A stretch of DNA of 64,000 nt from an uncultured Alphaproteobacteria bacterium. Its GTDB lineage: Bacteria > Pseudomonadota > Alphaproteobacteria > Rs-D84. Below, piece after piece: positions 9,828 through 18,885 of the stretch. The stretch lies in the NCBI GenBank assembly GCA_944389135.1, contig CALXLG010000001.1, forward strand, positions 89,421-153,420, in the 5' to 3' direction. A program made the translations under genes and the position numbers. The first letter of the stretch is position 1. Each line of letters starts with the position of its first letter. The notes beneath the pieces are model-generated. The model made no database searches. It was given only the letters and a program-made list of their open reading frames with translations, and was not told the origin of the DNA.

Positions 9828-10672
9828 ATCCCCTCTACAAAAATTTTGCGTAAAGCATAGGTAATTTTTCTAATGATTATTTTAATCGGATTTTTTGTTA
9901 AAAGCCAGTTTATATATTTTTCCCCGTATACTCGTTTTGCATTTATTAATATCACATCAGAAACATTTTTGTTTGTATGATTTAATACATATAATATTTG
10001 ACGACCTAATTCACCATTGTGTCTGGTAAATGCCGCTTTTTTGATAAAAGGCAAACCTTGTTGGTAAAGGCTTTTGACATTGTTATATATTTTTCTGCCA
10101 GATACACTATATAGACAATTCCATTTAAGACCATGGTCTAAAACAAGCTTTGAAAAACCTTGTTCGTATAATTTTGTTACAGTTCCTTTGTCGGATTGTT
10201 TTTTTATGCTGCAAATAAATTTATCAAACCAATCGGTTAGAAAAACTTTTCGTGTGCAACCTATAAACCAAGATTGTATATGCGGATGTTTTGGATGCGG
10301 GTTGCAAACAAGACCGAAAGCATCGGTTTGCATATTTTCCATTTTATTTAAATATTCTGTAATGTCTTTTAATGGACCATATACAGAATCATTAACCAGA
10401 TATAAAAAATCGTAATTTCCTAAAATATTTTGTTTTTTTGCATATAAATATGCGCGTTTATAAGAACCAAAATCATATTCGCCATGTCTTGTTGCGTCAG
10501 AAAAAAGACAGGCTTTTTCAAATTTTTTAAGCTGTTCTTTATTGCAATCAGAATCCATAAATAAAATAACATCACCGTTTTTTTTGAGGCTTTGCACTAA
10601 ATATAGCAGAGATTGGTCTGCTATGTTTTGTGCGTCATATCCTGCAACTAAAAATAGTCGTTTAGGCTTCAT
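9824..10672 (-). CDS. putative polysaccharide/LPS biosynthesis protein (glycosyltransferase-like, family uncertain)
   Basis: 282 aa; LVAGYDAQNIADQSLLYLVQSL...LFMDSDC; co-oriented and overlapping with neighbouring GT gene; possibly RgpF-like but unverified. Confidence 0.35.
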   Translation of the reverse strand: MKPKRLFLVAGYDAQNIADQSLLYLVQSLKKNGDVILFMDSDCNKEQLKKFEKACLFSDATRHGEYDFGSYKRAYLYAKKQNILGNYDFLYLVNDSVYGPLKDITEYLNKMENMQTDAFGLVCNPHPKHPHIQSWFIGCTRKVFLTDWFDKFICSIKKQSDKGTVTKLYEQGFSKLVLDHGLKWNCLYSVSGRKIYNNVKSLYQQGLPFIKKAAFTRHNGELGRQILYVLNHTNKNVSDVILINAKRVYGEKYINWLLTKNPIKIIIRKITYALRKIFVEGI

Positions 10673-12497
10673 TGTTTTTTCTGGTCTTTTTACGAATATT
10701 GCTGTCTAACTCTTTTTTGCGTAGACGAATTGTTGCAGGCGTTACTTCAACCAGTTCATCATCTTGAATGTAAGACAAAGCTTCTTCTAATGACATTTTA
10801 CGTGGTGGCGCCAAGAATAACTTTTCATCTGCTGTTACAGAGCGCATATTTGTTAGTTCTTTACCTTTTATCGGGTTTACTTCCAAATCGTTTTCTTTAC
10901 TGTGTTCGCCGATAATCATTCCAGAATATACTTCTGTCTGTGGGCCAATGAATAATGTGCCACGTGGTTGCAAGTTAAATAAAGCATAAGTTGCAGCTGT
11001 GCCATTTTCCATTGATACTAATACGCCTGGTCTGTATTGCTGTATTGGTCCACGATATTCTTCGTATCCAGAAAAGACGCGGTTCATGATACCTGTTCCT
11101 CTGGTGTCTGTACGGAATTCCGATAAATAACCAATTAAACCACGTGAAGGTGCAGAGAATACAATTCTTGTTTTTCCAGCACCTGATGACTTCATTTCTG
11201 TTATTGTAGCTTTACGCTTTGTCATTTTTTCTATAACCACACCACTAAATTCATCGTCGACATCAATAACGACTTCTTCTATGGGTTCCAGTTTTTCACC
11301 GTTTTCACCTTCGTGCATTACAACACGTGGGCGTGAAACAGAAAGTTCAAATCCTTCACGACGCATTGTTTCGATTAATATACCAAGTTGCAGTTCTCCG
11401 CGCCCAGATACTTCAAATGCTTCATTGTTTTCACTTTGTGTAACGCGCAAGGCGATATTTGTTTCTGCTTCTTTGAATAAGCGTTCACCAATCATACGAG
11501 ATGTTAATTTCTTACCAGATTTCCCAGCAAGTGGCGATGTGTTAACAAAGAACGTCATCGTTAAGGTTGGTGGATCAATAGGCATTGCAGGAATAGGTTC
11601 AGTTACTTCTGGTGCGCAAAGCGTATCTGCCACAGTTGCTTTTGAAAACCCAGCAACAACGACAATGTCACCAGCAGATGCAGAATCTAGTGATACTTTT
11701 TCAACCCCACGATGTTCAATAATTTTTGTTATTTTGGCGTTTTCTATAAATTCGCCTTTCATGTTAATTGCTTTTACAGCTTGACCAACTTTTACTGTGC
11801 CTGATTCGATCTTTCCTGTTAATATTCTGCCGACATAAGGGTCTGCTTCTAGCGTTGTCGCCAGCATTTTAAAAGGTGCGTCAAGCTGACAGCGGGTACC
11901 ATTGCAATCTGGAGCAGGTACATGATCTATTATCAATTGAAATAAAGGTGTTAAATCTTTGTGTTCGTCGTTTAAATCGCGTACTGCCCAACCGTCACGC
12001 CCAACTGCATATAAGTATGGAAAGTCCAACTGAGAATCTGTCGCACCTAGCTTATCAAACAAATCAAATGTTTCTGTTAAGACTTCTTCTGGACGTGCAT
12101 CAGCACGGTCTACTTTATTTATACAAACAATAGGACGTAGTCCCAGTTTTAATGCTTTGGATAATACAAATTTTGTCTGTGGCAGTGGGCCTTCAGCTGC
12201 ATCAACTAATAATACTACACCATCTACCATAGATAAAATACGTTCTACTTCGCCACCAAAGTCTGCGTGCCCCGGTGTATCTACTATATTAATTTTATAC
12301 CCGTTCCATAAAATAGACGTTGGTTTTGCAGAAATAGTTATTCCACGTTCACGCTCAATATCCCCGCTGTCCATAACACGCTCTGCAACTTTTTCATTTT
12401 CACGAAATGTTCCTGCTTGTTTTAACATGTTGTCAACCAACGTTGTTTTCCCGTGGTCAACGTGCGCTATAATTGCAATATTACGAATTTTCATCAA
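10662..12497 (-). CDS. typA: translational GTPase TypA/BipA
   Basis: 611 aa; AHVDHGKTTL G1, DTPGHADF G3, NKVD G4; EF-G-like domains. Confidence 0.9.
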   Translation of the reverse strand: MMKIRNIAIIAHVDHGKTTLVDNMLKQAGTFRENEKVAERVMDSGDIERERGITISAKPTSILWNGYKINIVDTPGHADFGGEVERILSMVDGVVLLVDAAEGPLPQTKFVLSKALKLGLRPIVCINKVDRADARPEEVLTETFDLFDKLGATDSQLDFPYLYAVGRDGWAVRDLNDEHKDLTPLFQLIIDHVPAPDCNGTRCQLDAPFKMLATTLEADPYVGRILTGKIESGTVKVGQAVKAINMKGEFIENAKITKIIEHRGVEKVSLDSASAGDIVVVAGFSKATVADTLCAPEVTEPIPAMPIDPPTLTMTFFVNTSPLAGKSGKKLTSRMIGERLFKEAETNIALRVTQSENNEAFEVSGRGELQLGILIETMRREGFELSVSRPRVVMHEGENGEKLEPIEEVVIDVDDEFSGVVIEKMTKRKATITEMKSSGAGKTRIVFSAPSRGLIGYLSEFRTDTRGTGIMNRVFSGYEEYRGPIQQYRPGVLVSMENGTAATYALFNLQPRGTLFIGPQTEVYSGMIIGEHSKENDLEVNPIKGKELTNMRSVTADEKLFLAPPRKMSLEEALSYIQDDELVEVTPATIRLRKKELDSNIRKKTRKNNEA

Positions 12498-12651
12498 TAT
12501 ACCTTATCTTATTTCTTAATTTCTTTGTAACCCATAGATTATAACATATTTTTGCGTTTTCAAGAAATATGCGCTGTAAATAATTTATGGTATTTATTGC
12601 TTGACAGTTTGTAATATTTGTCTATATTACTATTAAAGTATTTTGTAAAAG

Positions 12652-13221
12652 GTGTTTTTTATGGTTTATTCTGTTAAAGAAAAAGAAGTTTATAATGCAA
12701 TAAAATCAGGCTTTTCTGCTTTCCATGATTTGGCGAAGCATAGCTTGAAAATAAGATGGAAAGATTTACCTAGAAATAAGAAGTATTCGGCTGCACGCGC
12801 TTTAGTATATATAAACGGTGTTGCTAAACAACCAGAAGAATATTTTGCGCGTAAGAATACTATTGATGCTTGGCTTGCACGTGCAGAAGAATATAGAAAA
12901 GAAAATAAAATTCCAAAAGATAGCGCAAAATGTGCATTTTATATTGTTTTTAGACCTATGGATTGTGTATGCGATAATGCAAGAGCTGCATTTACACAAA
13001 ATTTTGAACTAAGTAGGGAATTTTATAATTTTTGTGAAAAGGTTGAATGTTGGGAATATGAAAGGGTTTCTGATAAAAGGCTTGAATTGGCAAAAGATGC
13101 AGGGGAAAGAATAAAGAAAGATTCTAAAGATTTGTGTCAAATTGCAAACGTTAAGAATTCAAATATATTTGTTCGTCCTTTTAAATATATGGTTTATGCT
13201 GTAGCTCAAAAAATTAGATAA
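12652..13221 (+). CDS. hypothetical protein (orphan, several Cys)
   Basis: 189-aa ORF, no recognisable family; followed by a bidirectional terminator. Confidence 0.35.
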   Translation: MFFMVYSVKEKEVYNAIKSGFSAFHDLAKHSLKIRWKDLPRNKKYSAARALVYINGVAKQPEEYFARKNTIDAWLARAEEYRKENKIPKDSAKCAFYIVFRPMDCVCDNARAAFTQNFELSREFYNFCEKVECWEYERVSDKRLELAKDAGERIKKDSKDLCQIANVKNSNIFVRPFKYMVYAVAQKIR

Positions 13222-13248
13222 AAAACGGGGCAAGCCCCGTTTTTTAAT
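13221..13248. terminator. bidirectional terminator between hypothetical gene and serS
   Basis: AAAAACGGGGCAAGCCCCGTTTTTT: GC stem with A-run/T-run on both sides. Confidence 0.65.
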
Positions 13249-14524
13249 GCTTACCCCCAATCTTAGTTCTGCCACCCATTAGCGGTTGTAGCTTTTTAGG
13301 TATGTTTACAGAACCATCTGCATTTTGGTGATTTTCAAGAACAGGTACCAGTGCGCGTGGTACCGCTATACCTGTGTTATTTAATGTTGCAACAAACTTT
13401 ACGTCACCAGTTGCATTTTCGCGGTATCTTGTATTTGTTCTGCGAGCTTGGAATGTACCAATAGAAGAGCAACTGCCAAGTTCTTTATATGCGTTTTCAC
13501 TTGGAACCCATGCTTCTACATCGTTCATCTTAATTTTATTAAAACCCATGTCACCAGTAGAATTTGCAATTACGCGATATGGTAATTCTAAATCTTCCAT
13601 AACTTCGCACAGGTTATTTAATATGTGTTCGTGCATTTCATCAGACTGTTCGGGTTTGCAATAAATATATTGTTCAACTTTGTTAAACTGGTGAAAGCGT
13701 GCTAAGCCCCTTGTGTCGCGACCAGCTGCGCCTGCTTCTTTACGAAAGCACGGTGAAAAACCTGCATATTTTATAGGTAACGCATTTTCTGGCAGAATTT
13801 CACCACTGTGTAAAGAATTTAGAATGATTTCTGCTGTGCCTGCCAGGCATCTATCTGTATCCGTCAGCATGAAAACATCGTTATTCATTACAGACAAGTC
13901 TGAACCCATAAAATGTCCTGCATCAAATATTGTTTGTGGTTTTGTAATAGAAGGGCATTCTATAAAAGTAAAGCCTTTTGATATAAGCTTTTGAATAACA
14001 TAAGTTTCAATAGCAAGTTGTAATTCTGCGGCTTCGCCCATTAAGCAATAAGTACGCGTTCCGCAAATCTTTGCAATTTTTTCTGGTGCCCACCAATTGT
14101 TCATATCCAATAAATCCCACTGTGCACGCGGTGTAAAATCAAATGTGCGTGGAGTGCCAACACGGCGAACTTCTACGTTCGCACTGTCATCTGGACCAAT
14201 TGGTGCATCAGGACTTGGAATCTGTGGTACGCGATGTAATAAGTCATTTAACTTATTTTCTTTTTCTGCCAATTCCGCTAAATCTGCAGCAATTTCTTCG
14301 CTGATTCTTTTTGATTCTGCAATTAACGGTGCTTTATCTTTTGCTGTTGGAATTTCACGCGTTATTTTATTTTTTTCAGCAGTCATAGTTTGCGTGATTG
14401 TTTTAAGCTCGCGTACACGATTGTCTAGTATCAAGATTTCATCAACATGGTCGTCAAAACCCTTTAATTTGCATGCGTTTTTTACAACGTCTGGGTTTTC
14501 ACGAATAAATCTTATGTCTAACAT
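13244..14524 (-). CDS. serS: seryl-tRNA synthetase
   Basis: 426 aa; N-terminal coiled-coil MLDIRFIREN, class II motifs (FRKEAGAAGRDTRGL, GFSPCFRKE). Confidence 0.95.
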   Translation of the reverse strand: MLDIRFIRENPDVVKNACKLKGFDDHVDEILILDNRVRELKTITQTMTAEKNKITREIPTAKDKAPLIAESKRISEEIAADLAELAEKENKLNDLLHRVPQIPSPDAPIGPDDSANVEVRRVGTPRTFDFTPRAQWDLLDMNNWWAPEKIAKICGTRTYCLMGEAAELQLAIETYVIQKLISKGFTFIECPSITKPQTIFDAGHFMGSDLSVMNNDVFMLTDTDRCLAGTAEIILNSLHSGEILPENALPIKYAGFSPCFRKEAGAAGRDTRGLARFHQFNKVEQYIYCKPEQSDEMHEHILNNLCEVMEDLELPYRVIANSTGDMGFNKIKMNDVEAWVPSENAYKELGSCSSIGTFQARRTNTRYRENATGDVKFVATLNNTGIAVPRALVPVLENHQNADGSVNIPKKLQPLMGGRTKIGGKH

Positions 14525-14804
14525 TATTTATTCCTTTTATAAATTTTTTCTAAGATTGATTTTAATGCTATGCGAAGTAGTTCGCAATAAATAAGTAATT
14601 TTTATAATTAATAAAGTACCACCCCAAAAGGGGATGAGATTTTGCTGAAAAAGTTTAAGTAGTTTTTCATTATGTAAATAATAATATAACGTTAACTTAA
14701 TAAAATCAATAAAAAGTAGATACTTTTTGCAGTAAAAGAAAATGAATTGCGCACTTTCCCGTAATGTGTTATGCTGTGCCCCGAAAGATAAACAGGAGAT
14801 ATTT

Positions 14805-15716
14805 ATGAACGATATCATTATGCACGATGTTATTATTCTGGGGTCGGGGCCCGCAGGGCTTACGGCTGCATTATATTGTGCGCGTGCCGGTAAAAAGACT
14901 TTGGTCTTGGGGGGCGATAGGTTAGGTGGGCAGACTGCAGGAATCGCAGTTCTTGAAAATTATCCAGGTTGGCAGGGCAGTGGTCAGGAATTGGCCGAAT
15001 TTATGAAAAAGCAAGCCGAAACCTTTGGCGCAGAAATTATATTTACGTCTGCCAAGACAATTTCTGGTGATGCAGAAAGCGCATTTAATGTATTAACAAC
15101 AGATAACAAACGATTTGTTGGTAAGACAGTTATTATCGCAACAGGTGCTTCGCCACGTAAACTAGAAATAGAAGGGGCAAGGGAACTTTTTGGAAAAGGC
15201 GTATCTTATTGCGCAACTTGTGACGGGTTCTTCTATGCTTATAAAGATGTAATTGTTATGGGCGGCGGAAATTCTGCTTTGAATGATGCCTTGTATTTGG
15301 CGGATATTGCAAAAAGCGTAAAAATTGTTTATCGCAAGGGCGCTTTCACAAGGGCAGAGGCTGTTTTAAGAAATCGCGTTGCAGACCGTGAAAATATAGA
15401 ATGTTTGTTCAATACAGATTTGAAGAAAATTGCACAGTTGCCAGATTCAGATAGACTTGTAGTTACAACTACAGATGATACAGAAATTATCTGTGATGGT
15501 GTATTTGTTGCTATTGGACATGAAGCTAATACAGATTATTTATCAGAAGATGTGCCACGTGATAATATGGGGCGTTTAATACCATCTGAATTACCAGAAG
15601 GTATGTTTGTCGCTGGTGATGTGCAATCTGAAATAAAGATGCAAATTGCAACAGCTGTTGGTACAGGGTGCAGCGCAGCAATGGACGCAATAGCCTATCT
15701 TAATACCCGCGGATAA
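14805..15716 (+). CDS. trxB: thioredoxin-disulfide reductase
   Basis: DVIILGSGPAG FAD motif, CATCDGFF redox-active CxxC, GGGNSA NADPH motif; AGGAG RBS before ATG at 14805. Confidence 0.9.
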   Translation: MNDIIMHDVIILGSGPAGLTAALYCARAGKKTLVLGGDRLGGQTAGIAVLENYPGWQGSGQELAEFMKKQAETFGAEIIFTSAKTISGDAESAFNVLTTDNKRFVGKTVIIATGASPRKLEIEGARELFGKGVSYCATCDGFFYAYKDVIVMGGGNSALNDALYLADIAKSVKIVYRKGAFTRAEAVLRNRVADRENIECLFNTDLKKIAQLPDSDRLVVTTTDDTEIICDGVFVAIGHEANTDYLSEDVPRDNMGRLIPSELPEGMFVAGDVQSEIKMQIATAVGTGCSAAMDAIAYLNTRG

Positions 15717-15747
15717 AAAAAGTCCTGTTTTAACAGGACTTTTTTTA
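15716..15747. terminator. bidirectional terminator between trxB and J-domain gene
   Basis: AAAAAGTCCTGTTTTAACAGGACTTTTTTT perfect 9-bp stem. Confidence 0.65.
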
Positions 15748-16248
15748 TTTCTTTCCAAAGTGTTTCTTTAGTATTTCATATGCAGCGGAAATTTTTGTAA
15801 ATTGTATCGCAGATTGTTCTTTTTCTTTTGCGGTGTCGGGGTGATATTTTTTTGCAAGCATTCTATATTTTGCAGAAATTTCACGCCAAGATGCAGTTAT
15901 AGGTAATTCAAATGTTTTTAATGCAGAAACAACGTTAAATGGCAGTTTGCTGCGCGCTGGCATCTTATCAAAAGTCCCACGACCAGATATAAAGTCATTT
16001 AAGAATTTTACATAATCTGCTTCATCGGCATTTGCTTGTGCTTTGTCTTTTAATGGGGCACCAAATGTTTGGCGTTCCCAATCGGCTTCTATTTCTTCTG
16101 GTGTCATGTCCGCATAATAATTCCAGTTTTTATTGTATTCTGCGGCATGCTCTTTACAGAAAAACCAATAGTCTTTTAGTTCGCGCGTTTTGGGTGCACG
16201 ACAAGTACCGGCTTTTGTGCAGCCTGGATGATCACATTTCCTTATCAT
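15745..16248 (-). CDS. J-domain (DnaJ-like) protein with N-terminal Cys-rich segment
   Basis: 167 aa; C-terminal REISAKYRMLAKKYHPD J-domain with HPD tripeptide; N-terminal CDHPGC...C...FC cysteine cluster. Confidence 0.65.
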   Translation of the reverse strand: MIRKCDHPGCTKAGTCRAPKTRELKDYWFFCKEHAAEYNKNWNYYADMTPEEIEADWERQTFGAPLKDKAQANADEADYVKFLNDFISGRGTFDKMPARSKLPFNVVSALKTFELPITASWREISAKYRMLAKKYHPDTAKEKEQSAIQFTKISAAYEILKKHFGKK

Positions 16249-17111
16249 ATATCTGAGTCCTTTTTATGCCCAAGCGGATGATGCATGGTTACCGTTTCGC
16301 GTAATTTTTCCGGCAATACATGCGTATAAATTTGTGTTGTGGATATATCTTCATGACCCAACATCATTTGTATGGCACGTAAATTTGCCCCACCTGCTAG
16401 TAAATGAGATGCAAAAGAATGTCTCAGTACGTGTGGACTTACTCTGTGCGGGTCAATGCCAGCAAGCACTGCACATTTTTTTAGAATCTTAAAAAAGCCG
16501 TCCCTTGTTATGTGTCCATCTTTACCGTTTGATGGAAATACATATTTAGATTTTTCATCGCCTCTGATATTAATCCATTTTTCAAGTGCTTCTATTGCGC
16601 GTTCATGCATGGGTACGATTCGTTCCTTGGCACCTTTACCATGTATTAAAAGTTTGTCGCCAAGTATCGCCGTCATTGGTAATTCACATAATTCTGAAAC
16701 ACGCAGACCAGATGCATATAATAATTCTATCATTGCGCGAAGGCGGGTAGAATTTTTTATATCTCCTGCAGAAGATATTAATAATTCAATTTCATTTAAC
16801 GATAAAAATTTTGGCAAACTTCTGGTGCGCTTTGGCAGTTCTAAATTAGCAGACGGGTTTTCGGTAATTATTTTTTCCAACATTAAAAACTTATAGAACC
16901 CCCTTAAAGCACTTGCCTTACGTGCAATAGAAGACGGTTTATCAGGTAGGTTTGAAAGGTATTGCTGTAATTCGTCAGCAGTTGCTTTCATTAACCCACA
17001 TGGTAAATTTTCATCTGCATGATGCAAATCACTGGCATAGCTTTCCAGTGTTTTCTTACTGCGTCCTTTTTCTGCAGATAGAGCTTCTAAGAAAACTTCT
17101 ATATAGTTCAT
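16245..17111 (-). CDS. xerD: site-specific tyrosine recombinase XerD/XerC family
   Basis: Catalytic motifs LRHSFASHLL...GHEDISTTQIYTHV (R-H-R-Y); probable start MNYIEVFLEAL at 17111 (ORF extends to 17195); XerD vs XerC assignment tentative. Confidence 0.75.
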   Translation of the reverse strand: MNYIEVFLEALSAEKGRSKKTLESYASDLHHADENLPCGLMKATADELQQYLSNLPDKPSSIARKASALRGFYKFLMLEKIITENPSANLELPKRTRSLPKFLSLNEIELLISSAGDIKNSTRLRAMIELLYASGLRVSELCELPMTAILGDKLLIHGKGAKERIVPMHERAIEALEKWINIRGDEKSKYVFPSNGKDGHITRDGFFKILKKCAVLAGIDPHRVSPHVLRHSFASHLLAGGANLRAIQMMLGHEDISTTQIYTHVLPEKLRETVTMHHPLGHKKDSDI

Positions 17112-17251
17112 GGGAATAAAACAATTTCTGTTACGTTTTGAGCAGGTGGAAAATATATTATCATCAGTACGATTAGTACTATTATAACCGTCCATATTAT
17201 AACTTTATTTCGTGTTGTGTTCTTTTTCCTTATAGGCATTGATTCACCTTT

Positions 17252-18310
17252 TTATATTGTATCAAAACTTGCGATAAATGCACCGGCACCTGCAATGATT
17301 ATCAACTGTGGGGCGACAATTGCCAATATTGGAGGCAAAGCACCAGTAGAGCCAAGTGCATTAAATAAATTTGTTAAGAAATATACCGCAAAACATGTTA
17401 ATATACCCAAACTAAATTTTAAGCCAAAGCTATAATTTCTTCTTTGTCTGGTCTGTGAAAATGCGACACCAAGTGTTGCCATTGCAATCATTGTTATTGG
17501 TAAGAATAACAATGTCCAAAGCTGAACAAGATGCCCACGTACAGGAACACCAATTGACTGCATCTTTTTTATAAAACTTGGTAATTCCCAAAAAGAAATT
17601 TGGTCTGGTTGTAAATATCTGTCTAATACAGTGCGTGGTGTAAGAAGAGTTTTTGTTTGCCATGACGATGTTTTAATTGCACCTGATGCATCAAGTATTT
17701 GAGCATTATTTGCAGTAAGCCCCGATTCTGATAACGTAATTGTGTTTGCTTCCACACGTTCGGTCAGTTTAAATTTATTGTTTTGAACGTATACAGTTGC
17801 ATCGTCAAATAGCAATATGTTTCCAGACTTATGCATATTTTTTGCGGTCATAGTTATATAACCAGTATCAGATTGTTCTCGTAACCAAATAGCGTTGTCT
17901 ATTAATACCAGGTGGTCTGGCGTAATATTTTTCTCGTTCAGACCAACAGAATAGGGATTAACAATTGTTGTCGCAATTATACCAATTAAAGCGGCGCCAA
18001 TTAAAAAAGGACGTGCCATTTGATATGGAGATAAACCTGCGCTGGCAACAATAATTTTTTCGCTAGATTTTGTTAAGTTATAAGATGCCAATAAAGTCCC
18101 CATAAAGACTGCCAACGGTAAGAACAACGGGACGTATTCTAATAATCTGACCCAAGATTCATACAATGCAGCTGAAACGGTCGGGTTTGACGGTAATCTT
18201 TCTACGAATGTAACGGCCAGTATTATGCCGCAAACCACAAGCATAACAAGTCCAAAACCCGAAAAAAATCGGCGCATTAAAAATCTATTTAAAATATTAA
18301 ATTTAAACAT
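17252..18310 (-). CDS. LptF/LptG-family LPS export permease (YjgP/YjgQ)
   Basis: 352 aa; N-terminal ILNRFLMRRFF + TM segments, large periplasmic beta-jellyroll region, C-terminal TMs typical of LptF/G. Confidence 0.65.
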   Translation of the reverse strand: MFKFNILNRFLMRRFFSGFGLVMLVVCGIILAVTFVERLPSNPTVSAALYESWVRLLEYVPLFLPLAVFMGTLLASYNLTKSSEKIIVASAGLSPYQMARPFLIGAALIGIIATTIVNPYSVGLNEKNITPDHLVLIDNAIWLREQSDTGYITMTAKNMHKSGNILLFDDATVYVQNNKFKLTERVEANTITLSESGLTANNAQILDASGAIKTSSWQTKTLLTPRTVLDRYLQPDQISFWELPSFIKKMQSIGVPVRGHLVQLWTLLFLPITMIAMATLGVAFSQTRQRRNYSFGLKFSLGILTCFAVYFLTNLFNALGSTGALPPILAIVAPQLIIIAGAGAFIASFDTI

Positions 18311-18408
18311 AAATACCTGCTATTAACTAAAAAAGTATAGCTTGTTCAAATGATAATTGCAAAATTAAAATGAATGCTTATAATTTTAGCTCAATAAACG
18401 AGGGTAAA

Positions 18409-18879
18409 ATGGAAAAGAAACCGATTTCAAGGGCTGGTTTTGATAGCCTAATTAAAGAACTGAAAGATTTGAAAGAAGTTCAAAGACCTGAAATTCTTAA
18501 AACTGTTCAGTGGGCACGTTCTTTGGGTGATTTATCTGAAAACGCTGATTATAGTGCGGCAAAAGAAAAACAGCGCCAGATTGATAAACGTATTCAATTT
18601 ATAGAAAATGTTATAAATAATGCTGCAATAATAGATATAGATTCTTTATCTGGTGACCGTGTTGTTTTTGGTGCACGTGTTGTTGCAGAAGATGAAGACG
18701 GTAATCGTATGCAGTGTCGTATTTTGTCTGATATAGAATCTGATGGTAAGCAAGTTATTTCTTGTACATCTCCTGTTGGACGGGCGTTAATTGGTCGTTG
18801 TGTTGGGGATACGTGTATCGTTAAGCTGCCTGGTGGTGAAAAAGAATATGAAATTCTGGAAGTAAAGTTTAAGGATTAA
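18409..18879 (+). CDS. greA: transcription elongation factor GreA
   Basis: 157 aa from MEKKPISRAGFDSL; GDLSENADYSAAKEKQ coiled-coil signature and C-terminal FKBP-like domain. Confidence 0.9.
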   Translation: MEKKPISRAGFDSLIKELKDLKEVQRPEILKTVQWARSLGDLSENADYSAAKEKQRQIDKRIQFIENVINNAAIIDIDSLSGDRVVFGARVVAEDEDGNRMQCRILSDIESDGKQVISCTSPVGRALIGRCVGDTCIVKLPGGEKEYEILEVKFKD

Positions 18880-18885
18880 AAACTT

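Noticed and set aside
11281-11784. 167-aa plus-strand ORF (and others at 11876-12133, 12157-12519) inside typA
   Set aside because: Antisense to a confidently identified, highly conserved GTPase gene; Ser/Pro-rich low-complexity translation typical of spurious antisense frames.
13374-14594. Several plus-strand ORFs overlapping serS
   Set aside because: All lie antisense inside serS, which has unambiguous class II aaRS motifs.
16245-17195. XerD recombinase as marker of an integrated mobile element
   Set aside because: XerC/XerD are chromosomal dimer-resolution housekeeping recombinases; no flanking direct repeats, phage or IS genes, and it is not adjacent to the glycosyltransferase cluster.
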